The notes under the pieces: generated by a model
Seen by the model: the letters and a program-made list of their open reading frames with translations, nothing else
Database searches by the model: none
What the model was told of the DNA's origin: nothing
Program-made: the position numbers and the translations under genes
Shown here: positions 36,761 through 46,623 of the stretch, in pieces
Numbering within the stretch: the stretch's first letter is position 1
Layout of the letters: every line of letters begins with the position of its first letter
Assembly: GCA_038087875.1 (NCBI GenBank)
Contig: CM075978.1
Span: 180,296,001-180,360,000, forward strand
DNA length: 64,000 nt
DNA from: Malacoraja senta
Taxonomy: Eukaryota
Direction: 5' to 3'

Positions 36761-37642
36761 TTTTACTTCGGCTGCAAATAAAAACAATATAAAGCAGAAA
36801 GGCAGTTCTTTGAAGTGAGAATTAAAATCTGGAAATACTCGAAAGGTCAGCGGCTGTGACAGGGAAGCAGTTATGTTTCTTTTTCTTCAAATATCAGCAG
36901 TTGTCTGAACTGTTCAGCGTTTCCAGTATATTATATTTTATTTCACAATCCCAGCATATGCAGTATTTTGCTTTTGACTTCTTATGGAGGGAGAGCTTAT
37001 GCAACCTTTTTCAGACAGAAATGTCAAGTGGATCACCATTTCCTATTCTTGAGGTCTCCACCATCAGAAAGGGCAGTTTTCAGTGAATTTGTTTCACTGC
37101 ATATGATGCCAAGACTGGATTCGGTATAGGATCTAGGGATCGAGAATATCCCAGTGGTTTGGCTGAAGACGTGCTCTAGAACTGCACGCACCTCTGAGCA
37201 AGCTGTTAAGTACATAAATCTATTTGGAAAATTGCCGAGGTAAGAACCAAAGATGACAGAGCGGAGCAAGATACCACTCCTACGTAATCCAACGCACTGA
37301 GCGTCACGGCCGCCATCTTTCAATGCAAAACGTGACTTCCGTTATGCCTCTCGCAGTGTAATACGCTCTATCATCTTTGGTGTAATCAGTGTTGTAGGGG
37401 AACAGTGTGTGATATAGCTCATATATCACTTCACATATTTTAATTAATTTTATTGTAAATGTTTTCCCCCTGTTTCTGCCCATTTCCCTCCCATCCTTCT
37501 CCCCAGCCCCCTCCTTTGTGCAGTTTATCGTGCATTGTATTGTGCAGTTTCCCTTGTATTGCTTTAACACACACTGCACAAAATTAAATTTAACATAGAT
37601 ATAGATATTTATATATATTAATGTGTGTGTAAGAGGCAAGTT

Positions 37643-38041
37643 CCTATTAGATCCTAATAGATAAATTTGACCAATTCATAACGAGTTGCTCTCCATTTGT
37701 CGTCTTTTTGGAAACGTATGGTGCAAAACAGGTGTAAAAGCTAATCCGTGACTGCGGATGGTCAAGATTATAAATGATCTCCTTCTATTTTCTTTTCTTC
37801 TCTTCTTTTCTTTTATTCTCTTTCTTCTATTTTCTATGTCTCAACTTTCTTTTTTCATTCTTTATTTTTCTTTTTCACACACTATATATCTCACATTTTT
37901 CTATTTTTCATTATCTAACTTTTTTCATTTTCTTTATTTCAAAAAAAAATTTAAATAAGAAGCTGTACATAAAAAGTATTATGAAAATATGATTGTATAC
38001 AATTGTACTTCTAATAAAATAAAAAAATAATAATAATAAAA
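37643..38041 (+). mobile_element. 5'-truncated L1 3' end with T-rich UTR and A-rich tail
   Basis: 12-bp TSD aagaggcaagtt (37631-37642 and 38042-38053). The 3' end gtacttctaataaaa resembles the end of the intact L1. Confidence 0.75.
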
Positions 38042-38099
38042 AAGAGGCAAGTTAGAGATAAATAGATAAAAGTTCCTTCTCATGGATCAGAAGCAACTT

Positions 38100-38732
38100 T
38101 GATTACACTGATGCAATTATAAAGAAAGCACATCAGCGCCTCTACTTCCTGAGAAGATTACGGAGAGTCGGTATGTCAAGGAGGACTCTCTCTAACTTCT
38201 ACAGGTGCACAGTAGCGAGCATGCTGACCGGTTGCAACGTGGCTTGGTTCGGCAACTTGAGCGCCCAGGCGTGCAAAAGACTACAAAAAGTAGTAAACAC
38301 TGCCCAGTCCATCATCAGCTCTGACCTCCCTACCATCGAGGAGATCTATTGCAGTCACTGCCTCAAAAAGGCTGGCAGCATCATCAAGGACCCACACCAT
38401 CCTGGCCACACACTCATCTCCCCGCTACCTTCAAGTAGAAGGTACAGGAGCCTGAAGACTGCAACGTCCAGGTTCAGGAATAGCTGCTTCCCCACAGCCA
38501 TCAGGCTATTAAATTCAAATGAAACAAAACTCTGAACATTAGTAGACCATTATCTGTTTATTTGCACCTTATCTGTTTATATTCATGTGTGTATATATTT
38601 ATATAATGGTATATGGACACACTGATCTGTTCTGTATTCCTGTCTACTATATTCTGTTGTGCTGAAGCAAAGTAAGAATTTCATTGTTCTATCTGGGACA
38701 CATGACAATAAACTCTCTTGTATCTTGAATCA
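38100..38732 (+). mobile_element. Rex1/Babar-like LINE 3' part
   Basis: ORF 38173-38535: FYRCTVAS...AW...LQKVV...DPHHPGH...LPSSRRYRS...RFRNSCFP.AIRLLN, followed by an aataaa/cttgaat tail. Confidence 0.8.
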
Positions 38733-38754
38733 CTATTTCTCTATATCTTATTTG

Positions 38755-39045
38755 TCAAGTCAAGTCACATTTATTTATATAGCACATTTAAAAAACAACT
38801 CTCGTCGGCCAAAGTGCTTTACATTTGTATAAGAATAGTATAACAAACAAACTACATACATATAGCCCTCGCTCAGAGGACGTCAAGAAAGGCTTGGGAG
38901 TACAGATGGGTTTTTAGTCTCGACTTAAAGGAGTCGATGGAGGGGGCAGTTCTGATGCGAAGAAGGATGCTGTTCCACAGTCTAGGAGCTGCAACCGCAA
39001 AGGCGCAGTCGCCCTGAGCTTATGCCTAGACCGCGGGATATTCAG
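38755..39045 (-). mobile_element. L2-clade LINE 3' end
   Basis: Reverse complement ends atgtaaagcactttgg...gtgctatataaataaatgtgacttgacttgac. Confidence 0.65.
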
Positions 39046-40954
39046 ATGATGTACATAAACCATAAAGGCAATTATATATTTAAATATAAACATGTAAATA
39101 TATGGATATATATGTTGTGTGGTAAATGAAACTTTTATGCTACTCGTAATTTACTAGGGGATGATGGGAGTGTTGAAGGAAGTTCTCGATTTATATTATC
39201 AAGGAGTGATGGAGCTGATGAAGAAGACAGACATGGTGCAAGGTCACGAAGTGAGACAGTTGACTGACGTCCATCCTGACACTTGATAGTTGCATAAGAA
39301 GGGTTGACATGAGTCAGTTTAACTTCATCAACAAAAGGCTCATTCTTATTTGATCGGACGTACCGACGAAGCAACACAGGCCCAGGGCTAGTCAACCATG
39401 ATGGTAGAGAAGTAGCACTCGAAGAACGCCGTTTGAAGTTAAAGAACCGCTCGTGTGGAGTAGTATTGGTAGCAGTTGACAGTAGAGGTCTGATGGAGTG
39501 TGTAAATAAGCAGACTGCACAATCTGGAGTTCAAGATCATCTTCAATCAGTAGCGGTACAGCAGGTTGTTAGTTGTTAGTTCATCGTTATCGCTTCCAAG
39601 ACTGACCAGTATAGGAAGTGGGTGTTAGTATGAATCATACGGTAAGGTGGGGTTAGTGATGCTACTTCTACTATGATTGGTTCACATGCAATAACCAATC
39701 TACATCCTTCCCCGTAAAGAGCGAATATAGTTAAACACACATGCAGCTAGAATTCAAACATACTCGCCATATCTGTCAGGCGGTCTGCTAATACGGCCCG
39801 AACGCGTACGGACCAACCCCTCTCCCTCTTCGCCAGAGAAGTTAGAGGGAGGCGGTGAACTCGGAAGTGAGAAAGGAGCAGGGGACACTCGTGACCGACA
39901 GGAAGAGCATGCGGGAGAGGTAGTGTTGTTGTTAGTCATAGCCACCGGACGTGGTGGAATGAGGGACATGCTGGAATTAGTGGTGGCCACGGCAGCAGAC
40001 GGCTGGAAGAGTAAAGGTGGAGCGAAAGTATCGGCTGGTGGGGAATGTGGTTCCTTCACAGCCAGCAAGTGTTGGCGGCGGCGATGGTACAAGGCGCCAT
40101 CGATGTCAACAAGGTAGGATCGGGGTTCTTTTGACGGGCCAACAATGCAACCTAGACGGGAATGTCCCATCGTAGTTTGCAAACGGATGACTTGGCCCGG
40201 CAGTAGTGGTTTAAGTGGTTTGCTGGACTGGTCATGTGATCGTTTCTGGATGTTGTGTTTCTCCTGGATGCGCTTCTGGATCGTGGATGGCTTCAGCACC
40301 TGTGGCACCAGCTTCTGCTGAGCGATTGGTATCGGTGGTCTCGTTGTTCTGGACATCAGGCGTTGGGCTGGTGAGCCTAGAACACCGTCTCGAGCGATGT
40401 TTCTGAGGTTTAAAAGGTCGAGGTACACATCCGACTTGGCTAGGTGGGCGTGTTCCATTAGCTGTTTCGCGCTTCTGACGGCCCGGTCAGCGAGCCCATT
40501 ACTTTGTGGGTACTCGGGGCTGCTCGTGGCATGGTGGAAATTCCATCAGTTGGCAAAGTATTTGAACGCATGGCTGGTAAATTGTCTTCCGTTGTCGGTT
40601 TGCAAGCGGACAGGTGCGCCGAATGTGGAGAAGTGTCTCTGTAGCTTTTGAATGACCATTTCTGATGTGATAGAGGGCAGTAAATCAAGTTCGAACCAGT
40701 TAGAGTAGGAGTCGACCAGGACTAGATAATGTTTACCATGCCATTCGAAAATGTCTGCCGCCACTTCCGGTGGCGTCATGTTAGACTAACAGACGTGCAC
40801 CCAGCTCCTCTCCCGAAAAACTTCACGATTTATCGTGTAAAACGGGTCCGAAAATCGGGATTGTTTTTAAAAACCTTACCGGAGCTTCTGGTTACCGCGC
40901 TGATGACGTCATCGTTAAACGCGATGTTTTAAACGGTGGTTTGAAGCCCTTTAA

Positions 40955-42025
40955 ATGAGTAAATTGACTCCAGCTGTGAGCCCTCAGAGAGCTGTGAATA
41001 AACTGTCGAAACAGTTCGAAACTGAAGTTACCTCTGAAGTCTCTGAAGTGGCTGCAGAAATGGATACAAAATCTAAGAAAGACTTTGATGACTTGAAGAA
41101 ATCAATGAAAAATTTGAAAGATGAGATCTCGGATAATAGGGTGGAAGATAAGAAGGAAATGAAGGAAAATTCGGCAAAAATGATGGAAGGAATGGAGAAG
41201 ATGATGAAGGATTTAAATGCTGGTAACCAGAAGAATATGACGGATTTACTGGACACTATGAATAAACGAATTGATGAGGTGAAAGATGGACTATCAGAGA
41301 AAATGGATAAGATGGATGTAATTACTACGGATAAGTTCACGGCTGTACTTGAAACAGTAGCTGCAAGTATGCAGACAATTATGGAATTGGAGAAAAATAC
41401 GGCTCGACTGGTTGAAGACATGGCGAAATTGAGGCAAGAACATGAGCAAATGAGGCGAGAAAACGAACAAGCATCACTACAAATGGGGACTCAATTAGAG
41501 AAAGTCTCATTCAAATGCCTGGACCTGGAAGCTCGTTCTAGACGCCAGAATTTGAGAATTCTTGGTGTTTCAGAGGGGGCAGAAGGGGAACAGGTACGTG
41601 AATTTGCCATGGGCTTGTTGAAACAACTGTTGAATCTTCCCAAGGAACCGAAAATCGAAGTGGCTCATCGTGTCCCAAGATTTGGAAAAAGATTTGATGC
41701 GGGAAAAGCTTATCCACGACATATTATAGTGAAATTTCGAGATACTGCAGAACTGGAATACGTTATGACTAAAATCAAATATGGTGTACAATTACGGCTG
41801 GACAAAGACACTATTAAGATATTCAGGGACTACCCACATGAAATTGTGCAAAAAAGAAACAAATTTGATAAGGTTAAAGATCTTTTAAGAGGGAGAGAAG
41901 GGGTCAGATTTGGGGTTTTTTATCCCGCGAAAATGCGTATTTCTTTTAATGGTCTTGAAAAGTCATTTGTTAAGCCTGAAGACGCTTTCAAATATGCCCA
42001 AACGATTGTTGAAAAACAAAAATAA
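40955..42025 (+). CDS. L1 ORF1p (coiled coil + RRM + CTD), 356 aa
   Basis: Heptad-rich N-terminal half, LEARSRRQNLRILGVSEG, AHR and DYP motifs. Confidence 0.92.
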   Translation: MSKLTPAVSPQRAVNKLSKQFETEVTSEVSEVAAEMDTKSKKDFDDLKKSMKNLKDEISDNRVEDKKEMKENSAKMMEGMEKMMKDLNAGNQKNMTDLLDTMNKRIDEVKDGLSEKMDKMDVITTDKFTAVLETVAASMQTIMELEKNTARLVEDMAKLRQEHEQMRRENEQASLQMGTQLEKVSFKCLDLEARSRRQNLRILGVSEGAEGEQVREFAMGLLKQLLNLPKEPKIEVAHRVPRFGKRFDAGKAYPRHIIVKFRDTAELEYVMTKIKYGVQLRLDKDTIKIFRDYPHEIVQKRNKFDKVKDLLRGREGVRFGVFYPAKMRISFNGLEKSFVKPEDAFKYAQTIVEKQK

Positions 42026-42831
42026 AAGGGAGCTTTGGCAGATCCGAATAATTCTCAGCTATGTTTTGTCTGGGGATAGTTACATTGTTATCTCTGGAAT
42101 GTTGAAGCAAGGACATTTTCTGTTCAAAACGTGTAAACAACTTTATAGCTGGATATGAATTAGAAAATAATTGCTTATTGATTAAAATGTTATAACCAAT
42201 TGTAAGAACTTATCCTATTAACAACTTTAAAAGTTATGCAGGTTAGATTAGAATACTAACAAAAAAAACAAAAAAATAATGAACTAACATACTAATATGA
42301 ATTTTTAATAAATTGTAACCTTGTCTATAAGCGGGAGGAGGGGATGAGAAACGAGCTCCTGGCTTATGTCCAGGAGCACGTCTCGTTAACCCCTTCAACC
42401 AACAGCTGATTCTTATTGAAATCAAAAATATTGGTTTAATAATTAAACTCTGATATATATATATGTTATAAGGAAATATCAGGGTAAAATTGTATTATAT
42501 ATCTGAATGTGAGGCCTCGTTTTAATATTTTAATATGTTATGATTAACTAAGAGAGCGGAGCGAGTTGAGCAACAACGCAATGGAAGTCAAAATAAGGTT
42601 TTTTCCCACCTACAGGTGGGTCACTCGCTACAGTGCCGACTATAGACACTGTAGCCTCACTTTTTTAGTTTTTTTTTTTATCACATAAAATCACTTGTTT
42701 GTGTTTTGTGTTTAGTGATAAGAATAATATGGACATACCAACAAAAGTTAATAATTCAAAAACTCCCCCAATACCTAAAGACCTGGGATATGGACGCACC
42801 ACAAGATTCAAAGGTACTATAAGTATTCAAA

Positions 42832-45800
42832 ATGCATGACACCACACAAAAGAACCTAGGAGGAATCTCATTTTGTAGTTGGAATATAAGAGGTATTAAC
42901 GAACCTATCAAAAGGGGTAAGATATTAGCTCAGCTAAAAATGTATAATTCTGACATTACCTTCCTACAAGAAACACACCTAAAACCTCAGGACCAAGTTA
43001 GGCTGAGGGCGAAATGGATAGGTCAAACATACCACTCTTCATTCACTTCAAAATCTAGAGGCACGTCAATTATCATAAGAAAAGGTATACCATTTAAAGC
43101 AAAGAATATTATAACAGATATAGAAGGGAGATACCTAATAGTTAATGGAGAAATCCATGACACTCCACTTACTTTGGTAAATATATATGCCGCTAACTTT
43201 GATAACCCCCACTTTTTCAATAAAATCTTCAATATAATTGCAGAGTCAAACTATCAAAATGTTATAATAGGCGGAGACTTTAACTGTGTTTTAGATCCGT
43301 ACTTAGATAAATCAAGTCAAAAACAGAGAGGGAATATGAAATCGAAAACTGGGGAACTCCTCAATACCTACATAAATAACACTAATATAGCAGATGTTTG
43401 GAGAATTGTGAATCCAACTGGCAGGGAATATTCGTTTTACTCAATGGTACATAAGACATACTCACGTATAGACTACTTTCTGCTGGATACAAAATTAATC
43501 CCCCAAACATCTAATGCAATATATCATACAAATTCAATTTCAGACCATTCTCCACTAACTTTCTTTTTAAAACTGGAAGGATTGTCTAAGAATAATTCAT
43601 TCTGGAGATTTAACTCTCAAATTTTAAAAGATCCACAAGCGAGTATATATTTAAAAGAACAAATGGAGGTCTTTTTTCAAACAAATGATACTTCAGATAT
43701 ATCGCCTACTTTACTTTGGGAATCTTTTAAAGCATACATTAGGGGTATTATAATTTCATATCAAGCTTTTCAAAATAAAAAGAATAAGAATGAACAAAGA
43801 CAGTTAGAAGAACTTATTAGACAAATGGATATAGATAATGCTAAAGATCCATCAATAGATAAACATAATAAAATAATAATTTTAAAATTTAAATTAAATA
43901 AATTATTATCTGCCAAACTTATAAGACTTTTTCAAATTACAAAACAAGAGCACTTTGAATTTGGGGATAAACCGCATAAACTTTTGGCTCGCCAGCTAAA
44001 AAAACGAGAAAAGGAACATACTATACCAAAGATCAAATCAGATAAAGGGGAATTATTAACAACACCGAAGGATATTAATAAAAGATTTGCGCAATTTTAC
44101 GAGAATTTGTATACATCTAAAACGATAATTGATTCCAATAATATCACAAAGTTCTTGGATACCTGTAATCTTCCAAAGTTAGAGCTGAAGGAACAAGAGG
44201 AACTGGGTGCACAAATCTCAATTAAGGAATTAGAAGATACAATAAACTCACTAAAAAATGGAAAAACACCAGGCCCTGATGGATTTACTAATGAATTTTA
44301 TAAAAGCTTTTATGATAAAATAATACCAAGATTACAAAAAATGTACCAATACGCTTTTAAAAAACGAATACTACCTGATACATTAGCGGAATCAACGATT
44401 ACATTAATACCTAAGAAAAATAAGGATTTAGAAGAACCTGGCTCATATAGAGCTATAGCATTGTTAAACACAGATCAAAAAATATTAGCGAAAACATTAG
44501 CCAGAAGATTAAGTAAATACATTAGTAAATTAATAAACCCAGATCAGACAGGGTTTATCCCTAAGAGATACTCTTCTAATAATATGAGACGTCTACTCAA
44601 CATAATGCACTCACACAAATCTGAAGATCAAGAATTATCAATTATTTCGCTGGATGCTGAAAAAGCATTTGATCAAGTAGAATGGAATTATATGGATAAA
44701 GTATTACAAAAATTTCAACTGGGAGAGAATTTTATTTTATGGATTAAGTTACTATATAACAAACCTACAGCTAGAATACTTACTAATAACATATTATCCT
44801 CGAAATTTCAACTATCAAGGGGAAATAGACAAGGATGCTCATTATCACCACAGCTGTTTGCTCTCATTATTGAACCGCTAGCAGAAAAAATTAGAATACA
44901 CCCTGATATTCATGGATATAATACTAAAGACTCATATAATAAAATATCTTTATACGCGGATGATATATTATTGTATATTACAAAACCTCAAATCACTATA
45001 CCAAATATATTAAATTTAATTGAAGACTTCGGATCTTTTTCTGGATATAGAATAAATTGGAATAAAAGTGAAATTATGTCAATAAAACCGAAAGATTCAA
45101 CACATCTTTTAAAATTCCCTTTTAAAATAGCTACAGAAAAATTTAAATATTTGGGAATCGAAATTACCAGAGCATATCAAGGTATGCTCAGGGCAAATTT
45201 TGACCTCCTACTTAATAAACTGAATACATTAATTAAATTCTGGAAAACGCTTCCGATGTCTTTAATAGGCCGAATAAACGCAATAAAAATGATCTTTTTA
45301 CCACAAATTTTATACCTATTTCAATCAATTCCTATATACTTACCTAAGAAGTTTTTTAAAAAACTCGACTCAGATATCACTAATTTTATATGGGACTATA
45401 AATCACATAGAATACAAAAAACCCATCTGAATAAATCTAAAGTATTGGGGGGTCTAGCACTACCTAATTTTATGTATTATTATTGGTCAGTAAATATTAA
45501 AAACATGATTCAACTGATGGATAACTCCGCCCAGCAAGTAGACTGGATTGTAATGGAGAAAGAGGATTGCTCCTCTAGAAACATTGGAGCGATCCTCCTC
45601 TCTCCAATGAAATTGAATAACATAAACTATAATAAGAACCCAATTATTCATAGTACAATTCGTATTTGGAAACAAATAAAACAAAATTTAAAATTAAGAA
45701 ACTTATCACTTTTATTACCTATAGTCAATAACCCTTCGTTTAGTCCTTCTATTATAGATAAAGCTTATACACAATGGGATAGACTAGGAATTAAAACGCT

Positions 45801-46623
45801 TGGTGACTTGTATGAAACTGGAAAATTACTTTCATTTCAACAATTACAAATAAAATATAAACTCGGAAATAATCAATATTTTAAATACTTTCAAATATGC
45901 GACTATTTGAAAAAATATATAAAAGATCATCATAATAACCCAGCAGATGTACTGGACGAGGCAATGCAGATAAAAGCGGAATCAGCAAACTTAATATCAT
46001 ATTTGTACAATATTATCTTAAATGCACAAATACCATCTACGGAGGGTATCAGAAGAGACTGGGAACAAGAGTTAGCTATTAAAATTTCAAAGGAAAGTTG
46101 GAATGAATACTTATTAAAAGTGCATAAATGCTCGATTAATGTAAGACACACTTTAATACAATTTAAAATTTTACATAGATTATATTATTCGAAAACTAAA
46201 ATTCATAAAATTTTCCCAAACGTATCATCTATTTGTGATAAATGTCAATCCCAAGAAGCAACTATAGCGCACTCATTTGTCTTCTGTACAAAAATTCAAA
46301 AATTTTGGAATGAAATTTTTGAAATCTTTACAAAGTTATTTAAAACAAGACTGATACCCAAAGCAGAATGGATTATCTTCGGAATAACGGAAGATGATCC
46401 AGAACTAAATGTGTTTCAAAAGAAATTAATGGATTATGGGTTAATAACTGGAAAAAAGCTAATTCTAAAATTTTGGAAGAAGGCTCCAATACCAACTATA
46501 AATATGTGGATTTCAAATATGTTTGAAACATTACACCTTGAAGAGATAAGACTCCTCCTAGCAGGTAAACCAGATCACTTCCACCTGACGTGGTCTGCAT
46601 TTATAGAATTATTACAAACATAG
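42832..46623 (+). CDS. L1 ORF2p (APE endonuclease, reverse transcriptase, C-terminal Cys/His), 1263 aa
   Basis: SWNIRG, FLQETH, GGDFN, RIDY and SDH (endonuclease); GKTPGPDG, SLDAEKAFD, RQGCSLSP and YADD (RT); CDKC...H...C. Confidence 0.96.
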   Translation: MHDTTQKNLGGISFCSWNIRGINEPIKRGKILAQLKMYNSDITFLQETHLKPQDQVRLRAKWIGQTYHSSFTSKSRGTSIIIRKGIPFKAKNIITDIEGRYLIVNGEIHDTPLTLVNIYAANFDNPHFFNKIFNIIAESNYQNVIIGGDFNCVLDPYLDKSSQKQRGNMKSKTGELLNTYINNTNIADVWRIVNPTGREYSFYSMVHKTYSRIDYFLLDTKLIPQTSNAIYHTNSISDHSPLTFFLKLEGLSKNNSFWRFNSQILKDPQASIYLKEQMEVFFQTNDTSDISPTLLWESFKAYIRGIIISYQAFQNKKNKNEQRQLEELIRQMDIDNAKDPSIDKHNKIIILKFKLNKLLSAKLIRLFQITKQEHFEFGDKPHKLLARQLKKREKEHTIPKIKSDKGELLTTPKDINKRFAQFYENLYTSKTIIDSNNITKFLDTCNLPKLELKEQEELGAQISIKELEDTINSLKNGKTPGPDGFTNEFYKSFYDKIIPRLQKMYQYAFKKRILPDTLAESTITLIPKKNKDLEEPGSYRAIALLNTDQKILAKTLARRLSKYISKLINPDQTGFIPKRYSSNNMRRLLNIMHSHKSEDQELSIISLDAEKAFDQVEWNYMDKVLQKFQLGENFILWIKLLYNKPTARILTNNILSSKFQLSRGNRQGCSLSPQLFALIIEPLAEKIRIHPDIHGYNTKDSYNKISLYADDILLYITKPQITIPNILNLIEDFGSFSGYRINWNKSEIMSIKPKDSTHLLKFPFKIATEKFKYLGIEITRAYQGMLRANFDLLLNKLNTLIKFWKTLPMSLIGRINAIKMIFLPQILYLFQSIPIYLPKKFFKKLDSDITNFIWDYKSHRIQKTHLNKSKVLGGLALPNFMYYYWSVNIKNMIQLMDNSAQQVDWIVMEKEDCSSRNIGAILLSPMKLNNINYNKNPIIHSTIRIWKQIKQNLKLRNLSLLLPIVNNPSFSPSIIDKAYTQWDRLGIKTLGDLYETGKLLSFQQLQIKYKLGNNQYFKYFQICDYLKKYIKDHHNNPADVLDEAMQIKAESANLISYLYNIILNAQIPSTEGIRRDWEQELAIKISKESWNEYLLKVHKCSINVRHTLIQFKILHRLYYSKTKIHKIFPNVSSICDKCQSQEATIAHSFVFCTKIQKFWNEIFEIFTKLFKTRLIPKAEWIIFGITEDDPELNVFQKKLMDYGLITGKKLILKFWKKAPIPTINMWISNMFETLHLEEIRLLLAGKPDHFHLTWSAFIELLQT

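Noticed and set aside
37033-37323. 96-aa minus-strand ORF as an upstream NUDT21 exon or OGFOD1
   Set aside because: No similarity to either protein, and no phase-2 donor that could join NUDT21 exon 2.
37758-37992. Hydrophobic Phe/Leu-rich ORFs resembling membrane proteins
   Set aside because: They translate the T-rich 3' UTR of a truncated L1 bounded by a TSD.
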